A stretch of DNA of 64,000 nucleotides, from positions 188,108,001 through 188,172,000 of the forward strand of contig OZ038378.1 in assembly GCA_964036045.1 (NCBI GenBank), written 5' to 3'. A program made the translations under genes and the position numbers. The first letter of the stretch is position 1. Every line of letters starts with the position of its first letter. Below the pieces are notes generated by a model that did not search any database, was not told the origin of the DNA, and was given only the letters and a program-made list of their open reading frames with translations. This DNA comes from Eutreptiella sp. 'Long Island Sound 2002'. Lineage: Eukaryota; Protista; Euglenida. Below are positions 1 through 12,699 of the stretch, piece by piece.

Positions 1-2665
1 CTCGCAGGAGGCGGATGCGGATTAGAGGAAAGAAGCGCAGAGCAGCGAGCCTGGCGGCCCCCCATTTCAGAAAACATCAGCAGAGCAAAAGCCAAATGGT
101 TGAAGCAGGACTATTCGGTGCGCAAACGTCTTTTGCTTCTGAACCTGCAGCACACATCCGACGCAGCATCCCAAGCCCATCAAGCCCACACATTACGACG
201 CAGCGGCAGGACCTTGCGCCCCCAACTGACGCTGGTGACCGATTGCGTATGATAGCCATACGTGTGCAGCAGTTCATACTGCCAGGAGCCGGACTGGGCG
301 TGATCTGCGGCATCGCCTGCCGCACGCACGCGCGGCTCCTTCGCCCCTCCAGCCACGCCGTCAGCATTGGCCCCGGCCACGGCACCCGCGATTGCCTCGT
401 GCCCTGCAGGCCCCTGGCGAGGCTCCGTCGTGTCTTGGCTCTCAGCACCAGCACACATCCCGTTCCCCTCCGACTCAGCGTCGCCTGAATGTGCAGCCGC
501 TGGGGTCTTGTGCGGAAGGCGCGCGTCACGTCGAAGGCGGAAGATGTCGATGCGGCCGTCGGCACGGCCAATGCAGAGGAGGTGCCGCCGCCTTCGGTAG
601 GCGTCATCTGCGGCATCGGCGCCGCCGCCGGCGGTGATGAGTTCGGGAGAGATGGCGAAGGTGGTGATGCGGGCGATGGTGCTCCTGACGTGATCATGTG
701 GCAGGATCGGAAGCAGGGAGGCAGCCTCCGAATGTAGCCTCCAGGCGCCTCAGTGCGCACCATATTCTGAGCAGACCCCCTTGCACCAACGCAGAGCGGT
801 CCTTGACAGCAGAAATAAAACCATTCGGGACCCGGTACAATGATCCTGGCGCGTGTCAGGTGACCGACAGCGATTGGGGGGTAGGTAACCCACGGCGGTC
901 AGGGGTTGACCCACGGCATTCAGAAGAGCATCAGGCGGCCTTAAAGGGGGCGATCTTGAGCAAAACAAAAAAGAAAAGAAACCGGGTCCTTGAAGACCGC
1001 AACCCTGCACCAACGCCTTCCGCATCGGCCCTCGAGCACCGCCTGCACGCAACCTCTCTGTCATTTCCGCATCTCCCAAGGGGGAAGGGGGGGCAAGGGG
1101 TCCATGACGGCTGGGTGGTGACCGTGTCGTAAACCCGGCGTCCAGTGCCATATCTTGTTGTTGTGACCGTGATGACAGTCGTCGGTGTCTTGAAAGTGGG
1201 GGGGGGGGGGAGGGGCGCAGTTCCGCAGGTGAGAATGAGACATAAATCCCAATGCTCACCATGGCAGCAGCATTCGCCTGCAGCTGTGCCCATGGCTGTC
1301 TAGCCCGGCTGCTCTGCACCACAGAACACAGGGCCGGAGAGCAAGGCAGCTGGGGGACGGGAGGCGATCCCTCCAAGGTGGAGTAGGTTTGCCAGTTGCT
1401 AATTTGACGCATTTGGTTGTGTTCTGTGGAGGCGTGCCTCTGGGCTCTGGGTAGCTCTGGGTAAATGTATGTGGAGAGGGGGGCGTGTTGGGCCAGGGTG
1501 TTGCCATAAAAGCTGAGTAAGCACACCGGTTGGTACTCCAGGGTGTCCTGGGAAAATGTGGGAAAAAAAGGATCTTTCGCATAAGTCGAAAAATGATTGA
1601 TATCGAGCCAAATTTTATTTTAAACCCAAAAATATTCAAAAGACTTTTTTTCGCAATTTTTTCCCTGAAATTTTTGAATTTGCATTTGAATTTATTCATT
1701 TTCTGCTATATTAACTTTTGCGGGGGCGTCTCTTTTTGCATAAATCCCTTTTGTGCACACGCATCCATTGCCATGTCCTTGCCCAATCCCAAGAACATGC
1801 TCAATGTTACCTCAAATCAGAATGATACCATTGCGCAGGAACAAACTGGCCCCAGACTGATCATGGCTCAAAACAAAGCATGATGGGTGGTGTACATGTA
1901 CTCTCAGGGGAGAGTAGGGAAGAAAGATTGCATGGTCGCCTTAAGAACACGGGGTAGAAAATGGGGTACACATACCACAATGCAAAGACTATACATCCCA
2001 ATCGCTTGCACACCCACAGACATCCGAAGCAATTAACATATTTGGTGTTTGTCTTGCGACGTTTTTGTTCACATTTGGCCTACCAGCCCTGACAACTATT
2101 TTTTTCCGTTTCCTAATTTTCAAGCCCATTGAAGCCAAGAATTAAATACTTTCCCAAGATATTCATATTTCACTGGTATGCACTGGTTTATGTTTTAAGG
2201 AGAAACTTGTCTACATTGCTTGTCCACAGCAAGTGGGGAGCAGTATCTGCGGTAGGTGAGTGTTCGAGGCTGTCTCTCGGCTCATAGTGCTGATTTTGCA
2301 GCCCGCCATTCGTCCCGTGCTGGCCCCTGAGAAGGTCAATCCCCCGGCTGCGACATACGTGCCGGTGTGATGGTCATGGCCTTTTGGTCTCAAGCTTCCG
2401 CCTCCCAACACATCAGTCCTCTTCCCCTAGATTTTCCCAAATAGTGTCCGTTCCACAGACTGCCGACCGAATCCTACTCTTCAGCATTGAAGCAGCACTG
2501 CAGGGGTGAATGGATGTATGGTGCATGCTGCAGGGTGGGGGACACCAGTGGCATGTCTGCCCGCCAGTGAATGTGTGAGTGGGTGCGAGAAGAAGGAGGA
2601 AACCCAGGCCACACGAGGCGGATGCACTCTCGCAGTGCCACTGGACCGGACGAACAGGGGCATAC

Positions 2666-2807
2666 CGCATCTGCATGGAGGCTGCTTGCTTCTTGGCCAA
2701 TTCCCGTAGCACTGGAGTCAAAGGCACTGCCTTAAAATTGGGGGTATCGGGGTCGTGCTCCTTCAAGTCCCCATCCCAGCACAGGCTGTACAGCCGCACG
2801 CCGTGGC
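2666..2807 (-). CDS. GEMIN5: Gemin5-like exon 12 (further 3' exons not resolved)
   Basis: ctgtgcag|GC is phase 1 and continues exon 11: (G)HGVRLYSLCWDGDLKEHDPDTPNFKAVPLTPVLRELAKKQAASMQM, similar to LALYSCGGEGIVLQHNP. Likely donor CG|gtatgc after 2666; an alternative donor follows 2628. Confidence 0.8.
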
Positions 2808-4165
2808 CTGCACAGCGGAGGAGGCAGGCGGCAAATGAGTGGCAAATGAGCCCTGCGACGCTTTGGCCCCGAGCTGTCGAGCAGCTCGACAATTGTACAA
2901 ACAGCTCCGACGAAATTCCAGTGACTGTGAGCACTGGCACATAGTGTCTGTGTCCATATCGGATTGAGCACATTGGCATACGCACCGTCACGCGCGTCAC
3001 CGACATGTCGCGCGCGCAGCACGCGGCGTGACATGCCACGCGCCCATGACACGGTGCGTGACACGATCACGCACGCATTACAAGGCACAAGTAAACGGTG
3101 TTGCTCGAGGCTTTCCGGGAAGGAACACTTTGCGTTTGCAAACTGCAGGACTCCCGCCTGCAGCCGCTTGTCACCGCGTCCAGTCACCGCCACCGCCTCA
3201 CACGTCGCCCGCACAACCGCTGCGCAGCCTCTGAGCTGGGTTTGGGGGTGCACAGATAAACGGTGGTGCTCGAGGCTTCCCGAGAAGGGGGCGTTCGGCC
3301 TGTCACAACACGGGTCGGGGAGAGAGAAATATCCGGGGGAAATGGTATGTCCACGAATTTTGTCGGTATTGACTCAGTCCTGATCCTCAACGATTGCTTG
3401 AATTGTGTGCATTTTCTGGCAAAATTGATTGGCTACGAACACTAGGGACGAGAAGAAGCCGCCGGCACACTGATGGAGGTCTGACCCTCAGGGGCACTAA
3501 CCCCCAGTACACTCTCAAAGCCGCTAAAGGAGCCATTACCCGCCGGTCGGCGCGCTCCAACAGCACACGGCTCACACAAAAATGCCTTCTTTTTACCAAT
3601 AGTACCGCTCAATCACAGGAGCCCCTTTTCCACACCCACCCACCCACCGTTTAGGGGGACTCGAGTGACCTCTGCCCATACCCAAATTGAATTCTTGACC
3701 CGCCCATTCTTCACACAAGGTACTCATCAACACGGGCTCTCCGTTCATCAGCCCCTCAGCCCCGCAGTCCACTACAACGGCGGGCTAGAGCTGTTGCGAT
3801 GGTGGAATGCAGTGCAGGGGATACGCTGCACACATTTCCCGGCACGGGCCCAAATCGATGAAAATGTCACGGTGCCGCTTTGTTCAACCATCCTGACCGT
3901 CGAAAACAACTATGACCGAAACCTGAAAGCGGGGGTAAAAATGGTGTCATGAGGTTTCGGTCAGATTTGCGACAGACCGGTCCGAACCCTGTGCAGTGGG
4001 TGAGAAACACTGGGACTGCCCTGGTAAGGCACGAGTGCAACAGCTGCCCTCTGCCCTCCCTATGCCTTCCTGGCTGTGCCTCCACCTTCTTGATTCCTCA
4101 CTTTGTTGCTTCATCGCCACCGTGTCGGGGCTGTTGTGCCTCGTGTCTTTCCTCCAACGGCAGTA

Positions 4166-4490
4166 CTGTTGTAAGACGGGGCGTCTTAGAAAATCTAAGA
4201 CACATGTAAGACGCATGTAAGACGCATGTAAGACGCATGTAAGACGGATGTAAGACGCATGTAAGACGGATGTAAGACGCATGTAAGACGCCCCGTCTTA
4301 CATAATCTAAGACGGGGCGTCTTAGATTATCTAAGACGCCCCGTCTTAGATAATCTAAGACGCCCCGTCTTAGATTATGTAAGACGCCCCGTCTTAGATA
4401 ATCTAAGACGGGGCGTCTTAGATAATCTAAGACGCCCCGTCTTAGATTTTCTAAGACGCCCCGTCTTAGATTATGTAAGACGGGGCGTCT
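4166..4490. repeat. Left terminal array: terminal hairpin, ~7 x 11-bp ATGTAAGACG(C/G), 9 x 24-bp hairpin units
   Basis: Unit tctaagacg-ccc-cgtcttaga, or its reverse complement with a gggg centre, at 24-bp period from 4281 to 4490. Confidence 0.95.
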
Positions 4491-4734
4491 GGTACTTGGA
4501 ATGTGTATTGCAATGTGTGATGGATTGAACGAATAATATGATAATAATAGAATGAAAAATATGAAAAAGAGAGGTGTGTAGGACGGGGTTGGTCATACAG
4601 ATCTAATACCATGCAAATCCGAAAGATTTGCGTAAATAATTAATTCCCGGCACAAGGTGTTATTGTCCGCAAAAAAAATGTGTAAAAAATTATTTATTGG
4701 CTTCATGCCTTACGCAAAAATGGGTTCCCGGTCC

Positions 4735-4810
4735 CATCGCTCCATCCTATCACTCCATCCCATCACTCCATCCCATCACTCCATCTCACCACTCCATCCC
4801 ATCACTCACT
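4735..4810. repeat. Short tandem repeat (~13-bp ccatcccatcact)
   Basis: About 5 imperfect copies visible. Confidence 0.7.
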
Positions 4811-5609
4811 TCCTTAACCGGGCCCTCTTCTGCGAAGGTGGTTGCAAACAGGGAAGGTTAGGGAAGGTATGCCTGTTTTTCTCTTGTAGGTTTCGTTTGG
4901 TCAGCGCGAAACGTTTCCGAGATCGATATCAGTGATGTAGTGCAGCGAGCGCCAAAATCAGAGAGGAAGTATGAAAACAATCAAAAACGAGGTTGGGTTA
5001 ACAAATTCTCTCCTTTCCAAAACCCGGGCAAGCGACCTGGGGCCTAGCCACAGGGTGGCAGGTGACTGTCTGGCACGATATTGGTTTGTGGTAAGTAGGA
5101 GCTTTGTCTGGACCACTGCGACCTAAATAGACCGCTGTGCTTAAATAGGTGGGATCAGTTACTACCTTTGGGTCAAACAAGATATTGGGTGATTGTAACT
5201 AGGTACGTCTCCCTTCCCAACCCTGGGCGACAGACCTGGGGCCCAGCCACTGGGTGGCGGGTATGCAGACCTACTTGTTTGAAGGATGGATGCACTAGTA
5301 GCACTAGTAAAGATAGGTAGGTGCAGTAGCAATTGTTTCGTTTATTTTCGTTTTCTGCTATTTTGGCGCGGCAATTTTCAGCCTAAGAAGCAAACCAGGG
5401 TTGGCGCCGGAATGGAAACCCGAGGGGTCAACAATGCCTATGGCGGCTCTGGTTTGTTTCTGCAAAACAGCAATCTTTCTTTGCGGCGCTGATGCCGTGA
5501 AGTTAAGACTGCCCCTTAGCGCCCTGCATTGGCTATGCAGGAGCGAATTGTCAAGCCCTGTCGTCAGGTGAGTCTGGTATATGAGGTACTGGTTACCCGG
5601 GGAAACAAA

Positions 5610-5812
5610 ACATTTGTATGCCTGTGTAGGAATGGACTGCAATCCCAAAGTCCAACTCATCCACATTTGTATGCCTGTGTAGGAATGGACTGCAATCCCA
5701 GAGTCCAACTCATCCACATTTGTATGCCTGTGTAGGAATGGACTGCAATCCCAAAGTCCAACTCATCCACATTTGTATGCCTGTGTAGGAATGGACTGCA
5801 ATCCCAGAGTCC
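5610..5812. repeat. 53-bp tandem repeat, ~3.8 copies
   Basis: catttgtatgcctgtgtaggaatggactgcaatccca(a/g)agtccaactcatcc starts at 5611, 5664, 5717 and 5770, with the a/g site alternating. Confidence 0.9.
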
Positions 5813-5849
5813 ATTTTTGGAGGGAAAACAGGCGGATACAAGTGCAATG

Positions 5850-5960
5850 CTTCACCCCCCACTATCTCTGTAGGTCCCCCTGCGAGGGGGGACCTTGTCA
5901 AATTTCCTTCACCCCCCACTATCTCTGCAGGTCCCCCTACGGGGGGGACCTTGTCAGGCA
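5850..5960. repeat. Two copies of a ~57-bp unit with a GC hairpin
   Basis: ttcaccccccactatctctg..aggtccccct-gcg-agggggacct-tgtca occurs twice. Confidence 0.75.
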
Positions 5961-6923
5961 GTTACAGGTCAACATACCCCTTAAGCCCCTCCCCCTTGCT
6001 CTCGACCCCTTCCCCGACCTCCGGTGCCTTTGGCACTAGCCATTCCCAATCAAGGAAACAAACAAAAGTCTGTTAAACACAAGGGGGCCACTGGCAGCAC
6101 CGCTTTCGCAAATTTTATTTTTTCTTTTTTGGGGACTGTCTCTTTCAATGTTAAACTGGTGCTGTCTGATGGCTGGGTGCCTGGGCAGGCAGGTTTCACC
6201 TTCTTGCCCTACAGGGGGGGGAGGAGAGGACGCCCAGGCACCCAAGGGGTCCAAGAGAGCATGGTGGGATATAAAAATAAAAACCTGTAAGTTCCTCTCC
6301 TGCCCTCCCCGCCAGGGCCACCCCCGCCTTGTTTGCCCCCAGCCTTCGGGTTCCACACATTCAGTGACTTTAACAGGTCAGGGATGTTGAAGACTTTAAA
6401 ATTTTTTTGTGGTGTGTATGTGTTACGATTCACATGGTTCATTACTCAGGAATTGCACGCAGCCCCTCCTGTTTTGCACTCTTTTGTGACGGCTTTGTAA
6501 AGGAATTTGTTCGGGAAAACCTCAGCATAGGCCACAGAGGACAGACTCATTGACCTGCAGCACTGTCGAAACCCCCTCTCCCTTGCGGTGTTGTGTTGTG
6601 ACGTTGTGCCAACAGGTGTTCTGTAGAGTTCCAAATTTGTGTGTTGCATGTCAGCATGTATTAGCAAGAAGTATTGACAAGAAGGGTGAAAGGAAGGAAG
6701 AGAATACTTGCAGCAAAGTACATGGATGCAAGCAGTTGTAAAAAGAGATTAGAACAGGAGAAGGGAACAACACCACATAATAGAATGGGATGTTGCTGAT
6801 GTGAAAGTGGACACGGCAAAAGTTATGGTGCAGCCACTGTTGCTGTGCACCCTGCTACAGGGTGCACTTGTGTTGCTTTGTGACGATGTTGTACACTCTT
6901 GCCTTTCATAGCAAACTACTGCA

Positions 6924-7283
6924 TTGATTGAGCCATGCTTGTCCTATGTACAGGAGCTCTATATGTCTGCATTTCAGTGTTGTGAGGGCTGCTTGTGGCC
7001 TTTGGATGCTGCAGGCTGGTGCACAAAGGGGCGATTGCACTGTGCTCCTTGTGGTTGCCCGTTCAAGAATGATGGATCTTGCCCCCGTTGCAACCAAGTA
7101 GTGTGGGACGACAATTTACAATACTACGTTCCACTCTTGCAAGACACACAGGAAGACATGGTGGCGGCAGACGTGTCGGACTCTGGGTCTGACAGTGGGT
7201 GGGATGCCCCATCTCTACAATGGTCACCGACACCACCACCTTCGTTCCATGAGTTTGAGTCTTCCTCGGACTCCGACTTTTGA
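6924..7283 (+). CDS. Small Cys-rich protein with acidic tail (119 aa), cargo of the KDZ element
   Basis: Clustered CCEGC..WC..HCAPCGCP..CPRC motifs followed by a D/S/E-rich tail. ORF only, no homolog recognised. Confidence 0.4.
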   Translation: MIEPCLSYVQELYMSAFQCCEGCLWPLDAAGWCTKGRLHCAPCGCPFKNDGSCPRCNQVVWDDNLQYYVPLLQDTQEDMVAADVSDSGSDSGWDAPSLQWSPTPPPSFHEFESSSDSDF

Positions 7284-7739
7284 GAGGGTCCTGAATGGCG
7301 TTTCCATGAAGACTGGCACACTTTGTGTCGAACACGGTGTTTTTCAACACCACTGCTTGCCCCACTTGGTGGGGCCATTTGAAATTGTGCTGTGTGTCTT
7401 TTCGTAGTTGTTGCACAGGCAATTGATTGACGTTTGGAGGCCTAGGTACTCTACCCCCGGGGGGGGGGGGGTCTGCGTGCTATTTTTTGGGATTTTGGGT
7501 GCCCTCCGGAAACCCCCCCCCTGTTCGGGGCAAAATTTACCACTGTACGGGCCATTGTGCGGGGCGGACCTTTTTTGTTAGAAAACCCTCAGCAGGGGAT
7601 TGCGTAGTGACCCCAATCACCAAAATATGTTCAGAATGTATACCACCAATAAGCCAAATGTTAGCAGAGACATGTCATAGCTAAGTTGGTACATGCGGAT
7701 ACTCATAGGGGTGAAGTCATGGGTTCAATTCCCACCTCT

Positions 7740-8170
7740 GGCACTTTTCTGGCCCTTTTTCTGGCGCTTTTCCTGGCGCTTCTGGCGCTTTTCTGGCGCT
7801 TCTTCTGGAGCTTGTGGCGCTTTCTCTGGCGTTTTTTCAGTATTACAAGTGCACATGACATGCATTGGACACAATCACAAACAACCCGGAACCTTTTCTG
7901 GCGCTGTTTTCTGCGCTTGTGGCGCTTTTGTTGGCGGTTTTTCTGGCACTCCTGGCGCTTTTGTGGCGCTTTTTCTGGAGCTTCTGGCGCTTTCTCTGGC
8001 GGTTTTTCAGTGTTACAAGTGCACATGACATGCATTGGACACAGTCACAAAGAACCCGGAACCTTTTCTGGCGTTGTTTTCTGCGCTTCTGGCGCTTTTT
8101 CTGGCGCTTTTTCTGGCGCTTCTGGGCTTGTGCAGCATTACAAGTGCACATGACATGCATTGGACACATG
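7740..8170. repeat. Composite minisatellite (ctggcgcttt tracts plus caagtgcacatgacatgcattggacac blocks)
   Basis: The block recurs near 7847, 8017 and 8141, separated by variable (t/c)tggcgc runs. Confidence 0.85.
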
Positions 8171-8441
8171 CATTGGATTTCTTTGCTTTGCGCAAGGGTT
8201 TCACTGGTTTCAGTGGTACAGCACGCTGGCAGTAGTAGTGGTGGGCTAATAGTGGATTGGGCCTGTTTTCTCGACATCACCTGTAGGCCTCGAGTGCCCT
8301 GTTACACATTGTTGGCAGCCGTGGGCGGTAGCTGAGTTGTTAGTACATTGTAGTGCACAGGGTAGGATTATTGGATGAATATACCCTTGGAGGCTTGTCA
8401 GTAGCACAAATGTCATTGCCCTTCGTGGAGGTGTTTGGCCC

Positions 8442-11400
8442 ATGGACGAGGAAACCCAGGACTTCGTCCTCGGGTTTCTGGCGAAGCATTTCCATTGCTA
8501 CGTGGAGTTTATCCGTCATGAAGGCCACGACGCCGCTCTAGATATCATTGTGGATGACATTCGTCAATCAAAAAACAGTATGCAATGTGTCCTACCTTGG
8601 CCAATTTGTGTGCCACTTGTTACCTCTGTTTGTATGTTGCATTTTATTAGGTGCTTGTACTACAGCTATGACATCTATGTTCATGAAAGGGAGGGATTGC
8701 ACACATAAATTGTCAGATTTTTCGCTAAGAAAATTGGATTTTGGTCTTTATGCCATCCATGAAAGTCCCCGTGACCACTGTAAGCAGTACCCTAATGGTA
8801 CATATACCTGCATTCAGAGGTGGATGCACAGGTTCGAACCCTGTTGTATACATTCCAGTAATCTAGGGCGAACTAGGTTTGAATCCCAGTTTTTCATGTT
8901 GGCTCACAAAAAATTTGTTTTGGCACCTCTAAAAACCCAGCACACCCGCCCCCCCCTTGGGGGGGGGGGGGGCAGACCCCCCTCCCCCCAAACCCCTTAA
9001 CAGGAACTCCGCCCTTAGGAATCAGCTGCAAATATCTAAAGGCAACCAAGAATGGACAGCATTCATGCAACAGGGGTTAACAACATTTATCCCAAGGCTT
9101 GTAACAAATAGCGATGATCCACTGAGATCCAGGAAATGCACCACCTATCCAGAAAGTTGCTCATGTATGGGTCTGCGGCGCTGTAGGGCAATGGAATAGT
9201 GTGGGGTTGTGGGGCTACTGTGTCAGAGAGTTGTGCACATGCGCACTGTTCTTTGCACTGTCAGTGAACACTTGTCACAGGTTCTCTACCGACAGACAAG
9301 CGTACAGCACGACAGTTGGTGTTGGACACACTGATCCGTGTTTGGCGTAGTGGCGTACCGTTCCTCAGTCCAACATACCAGACAGTGGGCCACGAGTGCA
9401 CCGTTGATGAGGCCGCACCGCCGAAATACCTCCTCCCATGGACCCCGCACTGTGTCAAGTGCCGTGGCGAAGTGCTGCAGCAATATGGGAGGATAAGGTA
9501 CACTGAAGAGTCAGTCACACGGCAGCCCATAGCTCTAATTTCGATGCGCTGCCACCGATGTCTGGCATTGTACGGCTACGATACAGTAACAGTGGGTGAG
9601 GGTGAGGACGAGGAGGTGTACAGGTTGTCACTTCCGAGAGATCACATTGTACTGGCACGCAATGTGTTTGGCCGCCCATATGTCCATGAGTTACAGCAGC
9701 GCATAGTATTGCAGTTTGCAAGCTTCCAGGCAGAGGGTGGTGTCAAGGAAGTACCGCGCACCAAACTCCAAGAGGTTGTTTTCTTGGATTGGTGCACGCG
9801 GTACTACCGTGAGGCGCGAGGGCAGTCCCTTTTTAGGTGCCCAGATTTGCACACTGTTGTCTCAGAGGTGACAGGGTTCCTTCGTCTCAATGGCTTGCCC
9901 AGTAAACATCATCAGTGCTCTGCATGTGAGCCCGCTCATCTCAATCACATTCGCGGTATGCCAACGGTACGCCCAAACATAAAACGACATACAGCAGAGG
10001 TATATGATAGGTGTGTCGTCGTGGATTGCATTTCAAAGGTGTGCAGACGGGTTTGCATGTACGGTATTCGGCAGAATAAGCGTGACCCGGCAACTGGCCT
10101 GCACGTACAAGCACAGTGTAGCAAAGCACCCGTGCCTAGTACGTGCTTCTGTAAAGAACATTCCACCCCTGGGCACGTGGTGTACACACAGGTGCTTGAA
10201 GGTGATGTTGGCAGTGATGTCATGGAGGCATTGCCGGAGGCTTCATCAGGGGACTCTGAGCATGAAACTACAGATGCCTATAGTACTGCACAGGAGGAGG
10301 AAATTGCTGTGTCACGGAGTCCACAGCCCACATTGGACACAGAATACACATCTATGCTCCATGAAATTGCTCTTTCTCATGCTACAGGTGCCCAGTACTC
10401 CAAGCACAACAACACCGCAACGGTCACGGCAACAGCCACCACACACGGCAGCAGGACAGGGGCGGGGAAAGGGTGGTCACCAGGGTGCAAAGCAAAAAAT
10501 GCGCCGCAAGACAGTGTGGTCCGTTTCTGGTCAAGGATGTAAAAAGAAGGTTGTCGTTTTCACTGGGTTCACCAATGGTTTGATGACAGTGTCTCGCCCT
10601 TGTACAGTTGTTGTGCATTTCGACGAGATGGTGGGCGCTGAGGGGTCCCACCAAATTCTGTACAATTTGTGGTCTATCTCGACCCGCCACAAAACAGGTG
10701 GAATTTCTTTTGATTGGATTTTGTTTGATTATGCATGCAGGCTTTCGCAAACATCTGCCAAATACAACGTGCTGTCTGATGTGCAGTGCGTGTTGGACCG
10801 ATTTCATGGTACCGTGCATAAATGTCAAGGGTACGGGATGTCGCAATTCCCAGAGTTGTCGCGCGTCAACAGCTCAGCGGCTGAACAAGGCAACAGTACG
10901 ACAGGTCGCTATAGGTTTGCTGCTAACCCCAGGGACGCGGACACTTTTTATTTTTACATTGCCAACTGCTTGGAGGGCCGCAACAGGTACATCATTGGTG
11001 GCCATAAGGCATCTGCTATAACCGCGTTGGGAGGTTTGCAACCAGTCGAAGGAGTACATGATGATGAAGACCCAACGTCGTGGGTCGTAGATGTTGCACC
11101 ACTTGCAGGCTCTGGCCAATTTTGCACTTTTGTGGCCCGCCTGGCCAAATTGTACCACCTTCGAGCTACGTGGGCTGCAGACCAGTCTTATGTCCCCTTT
11201 AATCCCTTCTCCGCTTTTGCTCATAGGGACAGTGTGAGGAATGTGCCAGCCCTCAAACCGCATACCCATGGTTCTGCGCGTAGTACTTCCAGTACCGTGG
11301 CGCGGACACCTGCCGCATCTGCTGCATCTACCGTTTGCACAACTGCAACATTTGGTAGCCCTGCAGTGACTACATCCAGTGCTACTGCACCATCTGCTGC

Positions 11401-12574
11401 ACCTGTGGTGAATCCCACCTCTGTGCCCATGGAGACCATTTCTGTCAGTAGTGATGATGATATTTTGACAGCCCCAGTGCAGGACCCTGCAGTCCTAGGA
11501 GTGGTGAAGACTGAGCCTGGTGACAATGTCCCTCCTTCCCTGGGCACAGGTGCTTCCGCTGACGTGCCGCAAGACCCCTTTTCCACTGCACAGGACGTGT
11601 CTACATCCCCCCTTGTTGATCCCTATGCACACAGCCCAAGGTTGTCTCCCCATGCATCATTGGATGACATTTCTTTTGGCGAGAATGATGCTTCGATAGC
11701 TGCAATGGAGGACACGGACCCAGAGGTCCTTCGGCATTTCAAGATTGAGCCTGATGTCAATGTCCCTCCTTCCCTGCACACACTTAGTTCAGCACGTGTG
11801 ATGCGCAAACCCTTTTTCACCGACCGGCGCACGTCTGCATCCCCCTCTGCACATCCTTATGCACGTAGCCCAGCATCCTCTCCCCACGTGTCCCCTTCTC
11901 GTTTTGACATCAGCCCTGACGACCCCTCCACTGGTAACGCTTCTGATGGGGCCCCAAGAGTGGTCCGTGCACGTGGCAAAAAAGCCAAGGTTTACAAGAG
12001 TTCCAGTTCACGCCCTTGCACTGTTGTTCAGGCTGCTGCAGGCCCCGATGCGATTTCTTTTGTACATAACTACACTCTGCTTGGAGATGTGGACCGGGGT
12101 CATTTCACGCGAACACAGCAGCCTATTCCTCTACAATCCGGTGTATGGGACTACGCGGCCGAGCCTGAAGCATTTCAGGCCCTCTTGGCCCCACCCTTTG
12201 GCATGCAGGAAGTACACAGTAAGCCCAACATGCTCCAATTGCTGCAGAAGGTGAAAGGGAAACAACTTTTTTCTGTGCGCAGACTATGGTCCACCCTATT
12301 TGCAAATAGGAAGCACCCCCCCTCCATGTCACAATTCAAGGCCATGCTTGTCCATCTCCACCAGGCACATTTGGTACTGCTTGTGATTGTGGGTGCCAGG
12401 GCCAGATCATGCGCATGTCTCATGCTGCCTGCCCCCTGCCCTGCCCCTGCTATTCTTGTTCAGAACAACATTACGGTGGACGAGTGGGATGCACGTTGCT
12501 CTGCAGATTGCTTGTACTCCGTGGCATTTGACCAAAGTTCAGTGCCTAAGCCACCACCTCGGAGGCGGCGGTAA
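8442..12574 (+). CDS. CxC5/CxC6 + KDZ transposase; predicted join(8442..8577,9281..10387,10536..12574), 1093 aa
   Basis: CxC5-like LLPWTPHCVKC..MRCHRCLALYGY; VVVDCISK; CxC6-like QCSKAPVPSTCFCKEH; core TNGLMTVSRPCTVVVHFDEMVGAEG..LFDYAC..LDRFHGTVH..NSSAAEQGN. Two inferred GT-AG introns (8578-9280, 10388-10535) join the three frames with no stops. Confidence 0.8.
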
Positions 12575-12699
12575 ATGAACCATGCCAACTTGGCAACCCC
12601 GAAGCAATGGCAGAACATTTGGCATGGACCGGAAGTCTGTTCGTCAGTGGTGCTTTGCTGCCTTTTTGTGTCTCACACATTAGGGACACGATGCTTGAT

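Noticed and set aside
15-2500. ORFs 77-763 and 750-1526 and other possible Gemin5 3' exons
   Set aside because: Several splice-like sites exist, but none gave a convincing phase-compatible match; left unassigned.
4281-4490. CRISPR-like palindromic array
   Set aside because: Units are contiguous with only 3-nt linkers; no unique spacers, no cas genes, and the context is eukaryotic.
7686-8335. Overlapping low-complexity ORFs (FWRFF.. / KKRQK..)
   Set aside because: Produced by the minisatellite in all frames.
4490-9280. TET/JBP dioxygenase cargo, as found near fungal KDZ elements
   Set aside because: No 2OG-Fe(II) HxD...H...R pattern seen in any sizeable ORF.
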